Made by a program: the position numbers and the translations under genes
Notes under the pieces: generated by a model
What the model saw: the letters and a program-made list of their open reading frames with translations, nothing else
Databases searched by the model: none
What the model was told of the DNA's origin: nothing
Shown: positions 1 through 13,145 of the stretch, one piece after another
How positions within the stretch are numbered: position 1 is the first letter of the stretch
How the letters are laid out: every line of letters begins with the position of its first letter
Assembly (NCBI RefSeq): GCF_004010195.1
Contig: NC_057751.1
Span: 12,602,908-12,666,907, forward strand
DNA: 64,000 bases
Direction of reading: 5' to 3'
Source of the DNA: Chiloscyllium plagiosum
Taxonomy: Eukaryota

Positions 1-357
1 TATCATAAGCATCAGATTATTGAAAATTCAAGGCTGAGAAAGCACACATACACTCTTGATTTTTACATTTACAATCAAAGGCTGGGAAATATCACAGGTT
101 TCCTCTTAAGCAAAGAAAAATACATCAGAAGTGAGGAAATGACTTAAGATCATCTCCAAAAGCAGATCAGAAATTCAGGATGACCATGTTCAAGGATGGA
201 CAGGTTCCTAGTTGCACTATCCATGAATCAGAGTATAAGCTGTTTCACATCAAGAGTGTCATACGCAAGAACATACAGAGTATAAATTGACTTTTCTAAA
301 TAGCGTAAAAATAGCCCTTTCAGTATGTCTCCTAATTTCTATTTCCTTTGACAGGTT

Positions 358-765
358 TCAGCCATGGCTCAGCTGACGGTGAATAAGTAGGGTTCTGGGT
401 CAGTGTTCCACCCCTAAGAATGTAATTCTGGTTGACGCATGCATACCACATTGAGTGTTATCCTGTCTTGGGCGCATCCTCTTGCGCCCCATTCTCTTGC
501 ATGATGTAAAAGATCCCATGATGCTATTTTGAAGAAGACCAGGGACGTCAGCTACTGCTTCCAAGTCAATCTTTCTCCCTCACTACATCACAGCAGATGA
601 TTTGTCAGTTGTGAGATTGCTGTTTCTGGGAGCATGGTGTGTGCAAATTGACTGTTGCTTTTCTTGAATTTAAACAGTGATATCCTTCAAAAGTACTTCA
701 TTGGTAGTGAAAAACTTTGAAATGTCTTCAGCCATGAAAAGGACTACAAAATTGCAAGTCATTCA
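358..765 (+). mobile_element. Deu-domain SINE (SacSINE1/AmnSINE1-like), decayed
   Basis: tRNA-like head GCCATGGCTCAG; Deu core GTAAAAGATCCCATG..CTATTTTGAAGAAGA; tail GTGCAAATTG..CTTCAAAAGTACTTCATTGG..TGCAAGTC. Confidence 0.75.
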
Positions 766-3485
766 TCTAAAGCAATGTGAATAAAAAATGAGAGATAAAA
801 CAGCTGAATGAGTCACCGTTACCTATTTTACACTGCAGCACAGAGTTAAACTCCGTCTTATAGTTATAAAATTTCATTTCCTAAAGCTTTATGTCTGTAT
901 ATCCTAATAATTCCTGATAGGGTTGGATGTTTAATTTTCTTTGATGGTTTCTCGTTTGAAGTGCCTTGGATATTGTTTTTCACTGTGTTGAGGATGCTAT
1001 ATAATTACAAATTGTTGTTGTTGAGGACTTGTTCAAACACAGAAGAAATTGTGCCCCTCCCCCTGTCCTTATCCTGCATAAATGCTTCTCTAATCTTCAG
1101 CTCTATGAATAAGTGAAAAGTCTGCCTACACAGATATAAGCGAGAAATTATCGGATGTAAAACAGCAAATTTTTGGAAAAGTTGAGGTGCAGCAACTTCA
1201 GACTTCTTTTGAAAAAAATGTTTCAAAATATACAGACAGACAAAGGAAAGCAGACAGTGCGACACATGCTTTCCAATCACGGCCCCACGGGTGTCGTGGG
1301 AACAACGGTGTCCTGACTACCAGGGTCAGTCAAGCCCTTAGTCACTTAGTGAATAGACAGTGGGGGCATGGGTCAGCTGGGCTTCTTTTTCTATGCAGTG
1401 TAGACGGTATCTCTGAATTGCACAGCAGCAAGGAGATTGCAATGTTGCTGGAAAACTAGTTGATTCTTTACAGAGGAGAATGATAATAATTATAAAATAG
1501 CTGTTCGAAGAGTCTTCATAATGAATTATGATGCTATTTGAAGCTATCAATGAATGCCCTTTTGTCAGCTCCAGTGTGTGCAATCATTACTTGGGCTTTG
1601 CTTGCTTTGACAACCTGCTGTCATTAAGCTCTTTATTTTCAATGCAGCCATGCTCAACTTGTCTCATTTACAAGTCTCTTCAAAAGTTTGAACCTTAATA
1701 TCGAATCAAATTTTTTTAAAAAAAACAAAAACCACCCCTGGTTTAACTGAGGTTTTAGTTTGAATGTTTGACAGAGATGGGTGAAATGGAGCCTCCAAAC
1801 CTATACGTGACTTTGGTTGTTGGCTGTATGAGTGACAAAAGTGTGCACTTAGGCCTGGAAAGATTTTGACAAGCCCTTTTCCACACCTTGACTTCAGCAC
1901 ATTTTGCCCCAATTCCCACCACCTGCCTCCCATCTCTTCTGGATCCAGAAGGAATTATTGCCTAATCTGGTGGGTAGGGACTGGGAATCCCAGAGGCCAG
2001 AGTACCCTGCCAAGGACCTGAGGAAGAACATTTTGCAGCTACCCAGTAAGCCTTGGAGAGTGTGGATTGGGGAACCATGTGATTTCATGGCGGTGCCCAC
2101 AACTTAAAAGGGATTCTTCATTTTTCTGCTCTGGTTCATCCTGGGCTTGGGATAAAATTGCACAATGGACTCCATTAGATTTCCTCTGCAAAGTTTAACA
2201 TAGGACCACATGGAGTGAGTGTCCTTGCCACCTGAAATTTGAAGTAGCAGACAGCTAGATTGAAGTGGGATAAGAATGGATTAGATTCCCAGGTCAATAT
2301 CAACTTACCCTGTTCAGTCTGCTGGATAATAGGAGCTGATGTAGGGGGATTGGGTGCAGTTCCCACCTCTCCTTGCATGAATTAACCACACTGCTTCCCC
2401 CAAAAACACAAGTCCCTGTGATCCACCAGACTGGGGAAGTGAAAATTGAATCAATAAGGATCTTGTCATTCTTTCCTTTTAATTGCATGTATTTTTACAC
2501 ATGTGAAGTCAGCGAGGGTTGAGTTAGAAGATGTAAAAAATACAATTTATAATTGCTGAAATAAAAATAGAAATTACTGAAAGAATTCAACATCTGAAGA
2601 ATAAGAAACAGAGTTTCATGTTTAAATTCAAATATAAGAGTTCTTCATGAATGAATTGCTGAATGTTCTGTTATCGGAGAATGCAGGTTTACAGAGATGG
2701 GCAAATGAACTGTGAGTAAAAGCTCAGTGGGCCGAATGGTCTTGTTCTTTGTTGTACAATGGGACAAGTACATGATTTGAACTGTCCCAAGGTAGTGAAG
2801 TGAAGGAGCATTCTTTCCAAACCTGAATGGAAATGGAACAGGACAAAGCAAAAAAAAAGTCACAAAGATAACTGAGTTGTGTCAGATTTCCAGGGGTCAG
2901 AAGCTGCAGTCTGAAAATCACTGATTTACCTTCTTTCTGCTGTAATGTTGGACATTCTACTTTGTGATGGTAGACCTGTGAATCAGCATTGGAGCAATTT
3001 ACCCTGTGTATTTCTCATTTAATTTCAATTTATGATCTGCGATTACAACTATAAATGAAGTATTTGTTGTCATTTATCAACGGGGATCAGCTGGACATGG
3101 CTCCCATGCATGTTCACCATCTGCTCCCTCCTGGAGTTAAAATGGCCCTGGAGGAAAGGTTGCTTTACAACAACAGGGGTATTGTGTCAGGTCACATGCA
3201 ATGTATTATCAAAAATACTGGTTCATGGTGACTGAACAAGACATTGTGTTTTTGTTACATACAGCCAGGAATTTGTATTAATGTCGAGGGATCAAATTCC
3301 ATGAATTTTAAGTTGTCCACAAAAGTTTAAAACTGATGTAAGTGATCATTAATATAGACTCCTTTGTGTTTTTGGAAAGAAAGACATGGATTTAGATGGT
3401 GCCTTTTATGAATTAAGAATATCCCAAAGGGCTTTGCAGTCAACAAATTTTTTTTCAAGTGTTGTGGTTGAATTATGCATCATAA

Positions 3486-3777
3486 GATTAGATTAGATTC
3501 CCTACAGCATGGAAACAGGCCCTTCGGCCCAACCAGTCTACACCGATCCTCTGAAGAATAACCCACCCAGACCCATTTCCCTCTGACTAATGCACCTAAT
3601 ACTATGGGCAATTTAGCATGGCCAATCCACCTGGCTTGCATATCTTTTGGACTGTGGGAGGAAACCCACACAGACAATGTGCAAACTCCACACAGTCAGT
3701 CACCTGAGGCGAGAATCAAACTGGGACTCTGGTGCTGTGAGGCAGCAATGCTAACCACTGAGCCACCTTGTCACCCT
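3486..3777 (-). mobile_element. HE1-type tRNA-derived V-SINE
   Basis: Minus strand reads GGTGGCTCAGTGGTTAGCATTGCTGCCTCACAGCACCAG, with a CR1-like tail GAAGGGCCTGTTTCCATGCTGTAG and a (TCTAA)n end. Confidence 0.9.
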
Positions 3778-4594
3778 AGTGGAGGTCATTCAGCCCATTG
3801 TGTCCTTGCCACCTTTTAGATACAGCTGTTAATTGAACCAGTTCCCTTGCTTTCTCACCCAACCCCCCATAGCAAATGTAGTCCATGTTGTAAAGTAGGA
3901 ACCCTGTATTTTGTCTGTTTCTCAATCATCCAGAGGACACAACATGATAGTAAGTGACATGTAGAATCATACAATACCAACAGTGGGGATACAGGCTATT
4001 TGACCCAACAAGTCCACACTGATGTAAATCTGTGCTCTGCATCAGCCAGTGAATTACACAATGCAGTCATGAGACAGGGTTGCAATGGGTAGCCCATGAG
4101 TATGCCAGTATAATTGACTATGTGGTGTTCTGGTTAACTAACCTATCCTTCCCAGCATCAACAATCTACAGCTTTTGTGGAGTGTCCAAGGTCATCCTTG
4201 CATTGTGGAGCAATATCTTCTCCATTAGAACTAATCCAATTCAACCAGATGCAGCTGTCTCAGTGTGTGCATTGGTTCACTGGGTCTCAGCTCTGCCATG
4301 TTGTCCAGTTGGACAGTTGTGTTAGCCAAGCTAGCAAGCTCTTTGATAATGATGGGAGCACAGCTAATTACAGCAGTTCTGTCTTGACAGACACTTGGAT
4401 AGAAATCCACCTTGGGCATTTATTGCTCAGACTACTCTTCAATCAATACGTGATTTGACTTTGATCAAACTGAATATGGGCGAAGTGTACATCGAACAGT
4501 TGCCATGATGTCCTATTTCACACAGCCCCACAATTCTCTTGCTCACATTTATCACCAACAATTAGTTGATATAATGGGTAGCAGTTGGCACCAC

Positions 4595-5050
4595 TGATTG
4601 ACTAGCAAGGTTAGATCTCATGGAATACAGGGAGAACTAGCCATTTGGATACAGAACTGGCTCAAAGGTAGAAGCCAGAGGGTGGTGGCGGAGGGTTGTT
4701 TTTCAGACTGGAGGCCTGTGACCAGTGGAGTGCCACAAGGATCGGTGCTGGGCCCACTACTTTCTATCATGTACATAAATGATTTGGATGCGAGCATAAG
4801 AGGTACAGTTAGTAAGTTTGCAGATGACACCAAAATTGGAGGTGTAGTAGACAGCGAAGAGGGTTACCTCAGATTACAACAGGATCTGGACCAGATGGGC
4901 CAATGGGCTGAGAAGTGTCAGATGGAGTCTAATTCTGATAAATGCAAGGTGCTGCATTTTGGGAAAGCAAATCTTAGCAGGATTTATACACTTAATGGTA
5001 AGGAGTGTTGCTGAAGAGAGACCTTGGAGTGCAGGTTCATAGCTCCTTGA
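4595..5050 (+). mobile_element. CR1/HER1 LINE ORF2 reverse-transcriptase fragment, truncated by the gap
   Basis: ORF 4598-5014 contains SGVPQGSVLGPLL, YINDL and KFADDTK. Confidence 0.95.
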
Positions 5051-6005
5051 NNNNNNNNNNNNNNNNNNNNNNNNNNNNNNNNNNNNNNNNNNNNNNNNNN
5101 NNNNNNNNNNNNNNNNNNNNNNNNNNNNNNNNNNNNNNNNNNNNNNNNNNNNNNNNNNNNNNNNNNNNNNNNNNNNNNNNNNNNNNNNNNNNNNNNNNNN
5201 NNNNNNNNNNNNNNNNNNNNNNNNNNNNNNNNNNNNNNNNNNNNNNNNNNNNNNNNNNNNNNNNNNNNNNNNNNNNNNNNNNNNNNNNNNNNNNNNNNNN
5301 NNNNNNNNNNNNNNNNNNNNNNNNNNNNNNNNNNNNNNNNNNNNNNNNNNNNNNNNNNNNNNNNNNNNNNNNNNNNNNNNNNNNNNNNNNNNNNNNNNNN
5401 NNNNNNNNNNNNNNNNNNNNNNNNNNNNNNNNNNNNNNNNNNNNNNNNNNNNNNNNNNNNNNNNNNNNNNNNNNNNNNNNNNNNNNNNNNNNNNNNNNNN
5501 NNNNNNNNNNNNNNNNNNNNNNNNNNNNNNNNNNNNNNNNNNNNNNNNNNNNNNNNNNNNNNNNNNNNNNNNNNNNNNNNNNNNNNNNNNNNNNNNNNNN
5601 NNNNNNNNNNNNNNNNNNNNNNNNNNNNNNNNNNNNNNNNNNNNNNNNNNNNNNNNNNNNNNNNNNNNNNNNNNNNNNNNNNNNNNNNNNNNNNNNNNNN
5701 NNNNNNNNNNNNNNNNNNNNNNNNNNNNNNNNNNNNNNNNNNNNNNNNNNNNNNNNNNNNNNNNNNNNNNNNNNNNNNNNNNNNNNNNNNNNNNNNNNNN
5801 NNNNNNNNNNNNNNNNNNNNNNNNNNNNNNNNNNNNNNNNNNNNNNNNNNNNNNNNNNNNNNNNNNNNNNNNNNNNNNNNNNNNNNNNNNNNNNNNNNNN
5901 NNNNNNNNNNNNNNNNNNNNNNNNNNNNNNNNNNNNNNNNNNNNNNNNNNNNNNNNNNNNNNNNNNNNNNNNNNNNNNNNNNNNNNNNNNNNNNNNNNNN
6001 NNNNN
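5051..6005. other. Assembly gap (955 N)
   Basis: Run of N that begins inside a CR1 copy. Confidence 1.
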
Positions 6006-8559
6006 ACTGTCCTGGGGTCATTGGGAAAGAAAATGAACCACTCTGATTTCGCACAGATTCATCGGTCATAGCTGTGGGTGTACGACTGAGAGATCCCACA
6101 CAGCTCACTGGTTGAACCCTGAAAGGAATCAGTAGCACAGAAGCTCAGAGTGACAGTCACTTTCACAGCCTGTGGAAGAGGGTGGTCTCGTACTGCTACA
6201 GTGCTCAGTTCCCACTCCAGCATCTGGCACAGTTCCATTATTATGCCCTGGAACATCTGAAGCCCATGTCGACACTGTGCCTCACTCATCCCTGGAAACA
6301 GAGTGGGAGTGAAAAATCTCTATTGCTCTTGCAGACTCACACATCTTGAGAGACCTTGCAACAGTAACCTCTGCCTGAGCTGGCCATGGTTCACCTGGAT
6401 CTGCCTTCAACTTCATTAGTGACTCATGCCCCACCAGTGGGCAGGGAGCAGAACTCTCAGTGGAAATGAAACTACTTTGGAGTAGAAGGACATCTGAGAA
6501 GAGTCAATGGTATAATATCCTGCAGAAGAGGGCTGGTCATGATTTTCCCTACCTTCTGATAATACATCTCCATCATCCATCCAGTTCCAGGCTTAGCCTG
6601 TATAGCAACTTGGTGAAGATGCCACACTTTTTGAGTGAGCACCCAATATCATTGGAGAGGGAGCTCTGATATTGCTATCTATCCCAGACCGACATCCAAC
6701 ATTGAACTTTTCACTATTCAGTACAGAACATTTTTACGCTTACATGACAGATGATGAAGAAATATTTTGTATGTTTTTCCCCTTCAAACAGCTTTGGCAT
6801 TTTGCAATGCCATTATTGCTGTCCTACCTTGCCTTCCAATGCTGTTCCACATCTCCCCCACCATTCACCTCATGTTATTCCCCATCAGCATCCTCATCCA
6901 CACCACCGTAAGTGTCTTTGCTTTCCCCTGCTAGCCTTGACTCTCCCACTCCTTTTGGCAGTGAGTCCTTCCCTTCACCCACAGAGCCCCCTTAGACCCT
7001 CCTGAAGCATCAACGAATGATGCCGTGGGCTTCATTTGCTCCAGATATCTGACCAACTTTAACTAGCAGCTCCGAGATGTCACTGACCAGGCTCCTGAGT
7101 GCAGTCCTTATAGCTCTCTGAATGACAGTGCCTGACAGCTCATGATGGTCCTACAGGACTGACTGCTGCCCACTCCCCGAAATGTACTGCGACAGATTCC
7201 AAGACTACGAATGTCCTGAGCCCCTGGAGTGTGTGCGGATTGTGCCCCTGACTGATTGACTGACTGGCCAATAGTGACCCCATCCTTGACTGAACTGAGA
7301 ATCTTTTGGTTGAATAAATGGATCACATGTATACCAAGTAGACAGCTGGCAAAAACTATGGCTGTTGTGGTTTGCCATACATCAAGATGCCCCCAACCCC
7401 CTGCCTCCCCAGACAGTTTCCTACTTATAAGCATGACAAACTGTCTCTGTGCGTGTGTGTGTGCTCAAGAGTACCTCAATAGGGCAGTCCTGACAGCCTT
7501 TGGTCCAGGCTGACCACCCAGCAGTCTAACAGTAATGAAAATGACAAGGTACAGCAAGGGATGATGGTGCAAGCATGCAGGTAGGTGCTAAGTGATGGGA
7601 TTTAATAAGAGCGAGCAAGCAGTCCTGAGATGCAGCCTGGTCCAACTGTTGAGCTGTATGCCTGCAAACGTTTCCTTGCTGCAGACATGCAAGGCTAGTT
7701 TCCAGTCTACCCTACAATGGAAGTGTGTGCCAGCTAGTGTCTCAGAGGGAGTTGCACTAATGGCTGTGGGTAGTAGGTAAGTGGTCATGGGTGAAGTTTG
7801 GGTGTGGATGATGCCTGTGAATCATGCCCTGAGATGCAGATTGGCTGTAACAGGTCTAGACAGGTTACATGCAGGGTGGAATTAGGGTGTTGAGCTCAAT
7901 GATCAGCTATGATCATGTTAAATAAGGGAGCAGGTCGCCATGGTCAAATGACCTCCTACTTTTTATGCTCCTACATCAGCAACCTGGAGGCCCTTTGGAG
8001 CAAACAGGGATTAAAATCCACCAGGTACCCGCTCTGATTTCCATGTCATGTTTTCTCAATGTCTCGATTGTATGGTGCATTAGAGAAGATAGAAAGTTGA
8101 ATATTAATGAGATGTCAGCAAGCAGTTCCACAAACAAGAATTTCCCTTCAATATGCAACTTTTTTTCATGAGTTTTTTCCCTCTAGACAGTCACGCCGAA
8201 TGGTCTGTTTCAGTGCTGCTCAGAAAAATGTTGTGTATGTTGTCACTCATATAGGAAAGTGTGTGAAAGTTAACATGTTTGAACAATTTGTACCAGTCTG
8301 GAGTGAAAACTGAGAACAATGTTAATTATATAATCTGCAAAAAGTTGGGGGTTAGGGTTTTCTAAAATGGGCTGCATAGGTTTTTGAAGAGTTTTGCGTG
8401 ATTATCTTCCTCCAGACTATTTTCCTGATGTAACACATATACAAAATGTAAATAAAATAAAGTGACCGAGTGAGAATGACCAGCTCATTGATGAGCTTTT
8501 TGATATGAAGGATTAAACAGTGCAGACTGCACAAAGGTTGTGGGTTCTCTGAGAGGGAC

Positions 8560-9200
8560 CTTTTGTTCCAGGCGGAACTCGGATCGTGGGACCCAGCAAC
8601 CCGGAAGCAGGCGGCGGCACAAGATGGCGGAGGTAGGAGGAGGCGGCGGATCGGAGGAAAGGCTTCTCGGGCTCTGCGACTGAGGGGGTTTGGGAGCTGG
8701 GGGCTGGCGAGAGCGGTTCTGGGCGAGGCCGAGAAAGGGAGTGGGGAGGTGGCCGCGACCTGGTGCCCGCTCGGATGCCGGCGGCTCCCGTGGTTCCCCC
8801 GGGAAACCTGTCCGCCTTCACTGCCCCCCCACCACTACCCTTCACCCTTCCAGGAGGCGATTTGTTTATTTGTGTTTTGTCTGCCTGTCATAGGACAGGG
8901 CTGCTTACTTCACTCACCGATATATTCCGAGGGTTTTCTGGGAAAGGGACGGGGTGCTGGGGTTTGGGGGGAGGGGAGGGGGCAGGAGAGACAGACAAAG
9001 GGCGAGGGAGGGGAAGAGGGTTTGGCGGAACAGAAAGGATCAGGTTGGGTGTGGAAGAAAGGGGGAAATGTCTGGTGGGGGGGACGAAAGTTTGGACATT
9101 GGGTGAGGTCGCAGAAGGGAGGGGCTGTGTGTTTCCAATCACATCCGTCATCACAACTTGAGCATTGAACTCTCTTCACCTACCCCCCCCCAAGCCTTTT
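8560..9200 (+). promoter_or_regulatory. GOLGA7: GOLGA7 CpG-island promoter / first exon region
   Basis: Local GC and CpG enrichment in an AT-rich background. ETS-like CCGGAAG at 8601-8607, YY1 motif AAGATGGCGG at 8621-8630 overlapping the ATG, no TATA box, CCAAT at 9135-9139. Confidence 0.8.
8624..8632 (+). CDS. GOLGA7: GOLGA7 coding exon 1 (Met-Ala-Glu)
   Basis: AAG ATG GCG GAG|gtagga inside a CpG island, with a strong Kozak context (A at -3, G at +4). The phase-0 donor joins in frame to exon 2, which has no in-frame ATG of its own. Confidence 0.85.
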
Positions 9201-9514
9201 GGCTGAGATATAAAACAGAGGCTGCCCCTTTCCAGTGGATATCCCAGATTCCATGGTCACATGTTCAAGAAGTGGAGAGCCCTGAACCCAGAAAGCCGGA
9301 CAACAGTTGTCTCTCAGCTAGAATTCCTTGAAAGTAAACGTAGCTGTTTGTTACTTTTTTGCTTGTCCTTGGAAGCTTGCTGTGTGTAAATTGGCTGGTA
9401 TCATTTTAAGAATTATCGAAATAACTTCACTTTGAAAGTGACTGTGAAGTTGCACGAGTGGCTCAAGTTTGTGGAACGCACTCTTTTCCTTTTTGTTACG
9501 TAATTCTTTTATTA

Positions 9515-9860
9515 CTATGGGCAAGGCCAGTATTCGTTGTCAGACCCTAATTGCTCTTGAGCTGAATGGCTTGCTGGGCCATTCAGTGGGCAGCTAAGAA
9601 AGAACTACATTGCTGTAGGTATGGGATCACCAGGCCAGATTGAGTGAGATTCGTCGATTTCCTTTTTTAAAGGACATTGATGAATGAGGTGCATTTTGAC
9701 AACACTTCATGTTTATATTTGTTATCAGTCTGAAGATGAGCTTTCAATGGCAGATCTTTATTTTTTAAATTGAAGGTGAATTCCTCCGGTTGCCACTCTG
9801 TCTTCACTTGGAGCCTGGATTACTCATCTACTAACATTTGCGCTCTGCCAACCTTTTTCC
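9515..9860 (-). mobile_element. tRNA-headed SINE (second family), decayed
   Basis: Reverse complement resembles the + copy at 15995-16300 (GGCAATAAATGC..CCCACATCCC-type tail). Confidence 0.6.
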
Positions 9861-11873
9861 CCCTTATTAATAACTTCCTTGTTTTGTATGCATTTATAAG
9901 GATGGAACATGTGTGAGGTCACTGAGTGTCATATCACAAGATTTTAGTTTTAAAAATAGGAGCACCAGAAGGAAAAGTAGACAAAAAGTTTTCCTCATGT
10001 TAATCAGCTTTATGAGGTTACAGTTGTTTCAACAGTCACTGGCAGCAGTGGATTCCAGATGCTGACATTTAATTCAGAGCTTTTTTAGGGAAAAAGCTTT
10101 ACTTACATTTTGTTCCTGTTTTATATCCATGATATTTCTGGTCAAAAAATTGTTTTGTGCTGAAGATGCTGTACTTCATGTCAGAAAATGTGTTTATTAG
10201 ATGTATTTATTTCTTTGAATTATTGAGACTCATTCAATCTTAACCCAAGTGGATTCCTGACTTTCTCTTTGGTTTTAGAGATGGATTCAGATGCCACTTG
10301 AACACTGACTGTTGGTCCAATGCATCCTCTTCTGAAGAGTGTTGCATTTCGCAACTGAATCAGATGTTATAATCTGCTCAAAGGGTGTGCAATTGTAATT
10401 GTCCAGTCCCTTCTGCATTTCTACATTTCCCCCCTCTCCCTCATTCCCAGCAGAATTCTGACCTTTTAACTGCCAGACGCACCAAACACTCAAGGCTGAG
10501 ATTTGTTGGGCATTTGCATTCATTTGCTGGCCGCATGCCATCCTTCATATCTAGTCAGCAGTCATGGTATTGTTGCCTTCAGACATGACAGTTTTTGTAA
10601 TGTGTTCATAGCACCATTCTTCATAGGTCCTCCTGTACTGTGAATACCAGCAATCATAGATTTAAAGTAACTCACCTAAAGATTACTTGGAACCTTGTGA
10701 AATATTTGGCCATAGCTCTGTAAGATTTTACAGTCTGCAACCACCAAGTCATGTTTTGGTGTTGATACCTTTGAGTGCATTCTATATTCACAGGAAATGG
10801 TCTGAACTCTTACTGTAGACTTAACTTTGTTGTTTGCTTAATTCTGTAATGTGATCATCTGTCCTTCTAAGCTGTCTGCACTCTTAGAGTGCTGCCATCC
10901 TGCACATTGCGTGTTTGGCACTTCAGTGATGGCACTTGGAATACCTGAGGCTGTCTGTTCTGCAATTCACTTCTATTCCTCTCCACCTACTTAAATCCCC
11001 TTCGTTGAAAACAACTCCTGAAACCTACCTCCTCAACAAAGCTTTTGGTTGTCAGTATTAATATCTCCATATGTGGATCAGTGCTAAATTTGATCGGACA
11101 TTTCTGTGAAGCATCACAGGATATTTTGATGTGCTAAAACCTAAAGCTACTGGCTATTGTTAATTACCTGGGTAAGCTCTGTTACCTCTCCTTCAGTAGA
11201 ACATAAAAATCTGGTGTCACTTTAAACCACCTGATTCCATATTTGACTCAACTTGGATTAATCAGAGAATTTCAAAAGAAAATATGATCTCCCTTTTCAA
11301 GTTCTGTTTTAATAATTCAATTGAATAAGTGGGGAACCTTGTTTTAAAGTCACGTGTGTCCTTTAAATCATTCTGATAACTTCTAATTTTTTTCCCTCCC
11401 TCTTTTGATGATATCTTGACTCGCTGTCAATCCTTACCTGCATTGTATGTTGCATTTGATGTCCGGTATCTTTTTCCCTCCAAGAAAGTAAAAGGACCTG
11501 TGGGCAAGCTGAGAATAGAGGGAGGGTATCAGGTCTATAACATCATCTATCTCTTCTTAGCTACAGTTCCTTTCATGGATGCCGCAGCTGAAGTGTGAGA
11601 GGGATCTGGTATCAAGCATGGTATTGAGTCGTCAGCAGGAAGTGAATCAGTCTCGTGTGTTTGTCAAACATTAAGAAATTGTTGAAGTTCCACTTTTGAA
11701 GGTTGTGATGTCACCTTGGTTGAGCTCCTGGCTTCTATCCACTGTTGACACTCGCTTGTTCAAATCAAACATGGTGTTGAGAAAATGGATAGCACCTGCT
11801 AATTTTCAGGAGTTCAAATTGTCACGCATGATAATTTTGAACGTACTTGAGTAGTCAAACCATTTTTATTGCA

Positions 11874-12120
11874 AACAAAAGTAGAAATCGCTGTAAAATA
11901 TCAGCGGGACTGGCAACATCTGTGGAGAGAAATCAGCGTTAATGTTTCAGGTCCACTGACCCATCCTTAGAACAGTTCGGAGGAACATTGAGGAAGGTTC
12001 TATGGACCTGAAACGTTAACTCTGTTTCTCTGCACAGATGCTGCCAGATGTGCTGAGCTTTTCCAACAATTTCTGGTTTTGTTTCTGATGTCTAGCTCCA
12101 CAGTTCTTTTGGATTTTAGT
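11874..12120. mobile_element. Palindromic Penelope-type insertion with 14-bp TSD
   Basis: Inverted arms around a short spacer. Flanks CCATTTTTATTGCA (11860-11873) and CCACTTTTATTGCA (12121-12134). Degenerate hammerhead core at 11988-12018. Confidence 0.75.
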
Positions 12121-12183
12121 CCACTTTTATTGCAGTTTGAGGCAGTATTTTGTAGAGATGTTTTGTGCATTGTATGATAGAAA

Positions 12184-12895
12184 CATAGTCATAGAGTCAT
12201 AGAGATGTACAGCATGGAAACAGACCCTTCGGTCCAACTTGTCCGTGCCAATCAGATATCCAAACCCGATCTAGTCCCACCTGCTAGCACCTGGCCCATA
12301 TCCCTCCAAACCCTTCCTATTCATATATCCATCCAGATGCATTTTTAAATGTTGCAATTGTACTAGCCTTCACCACTTCCTCTGGCAGCTCATTCCATTC
12401 ACGTACCAACCTCTGAGTGAAAAAGTTGCCATTTTAAATCTTTCCCCTCTCATCATAAACCTATGCCGTCTAGTTCTGGACTCCCCCCACCCCAGGGAAA
12501 AGACTTTGTCTATTTATCCTATCCATGCTCCTCATGATACTGTCACCCCTCAGCCTCCAACCCTCCAGGGAAAACAGCCCTAGCCTATTCCTATAGCTCA
12601 AATCCTCCAACCCTGGCAACATCCTTGTAAATCTTTTCTGAACCCTTTCAAGTGTCACAACATCGTTCCAATAGGAAGGACACCAGAATTGCATGCAATA
12701 TTCCAACAGTGGTCTAACTAACGTCCTGTACAGCCGCAACATGACCTCCCAACTCATGTACTCAATACTCTGAACAATAAAGGAAAGTATACCAAACACT
12801 TTCACTATCCTATCTACCTGCAACTCTACTTTCAAGGAGCTATGAACCTGTACTCCAAGGTCTCTTTGTTCAGCAACACTGCCTGGGACCTTACC
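12184..12895 (-). mobile_element. CR1/HER1 LINE 3' fragment
   Basis: ORF 12470-12835 (LYRTLVRPLLEYC..LERVQKRFTRMLPGL) and a CTCTATGA repeat tail. Confidence 0.95.
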
Positions 12896-13145
12896 TTGAC
12901 AGATCTCAAAATACTTCTCAAAAACGAGTACTTTGATAGTTGCTACTTTTCCAGCAAATGCAGCAGCCAGTTTATATTACTCCACAGTCCGAAGAAAAAG
13001 TAATTTTATGTTGCAGTTGAGGGATAGATAATGCCATGACGCAGTGAGTATTGTTTGGATTTTCTTGGAATAGTATTGAAGGATTTTTGTTTGGTTTACT
13101 GAACAAATTGGCAAAATGGAAAATGAAGTGCAAGACTGTTAATTC

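Noticed and set aside
4984..6138. 384-aa and 343-aa ORFs
   Set aside because: Artefacts of translating through the N gap.
6006..7800. GC-richer block, possibly a decayed DNA transposon
   Set aside because: No TIRs or transposase motifs could be identified by eye, so it is left unassigned.
8513..9179. Several overlapping ORFs up to 201 aa
   Set aside because: Stop-poor GC-rich CpG island giving low-complexity Gly/Pro translations; only the 9-nt GOLGA7 exon is supported.
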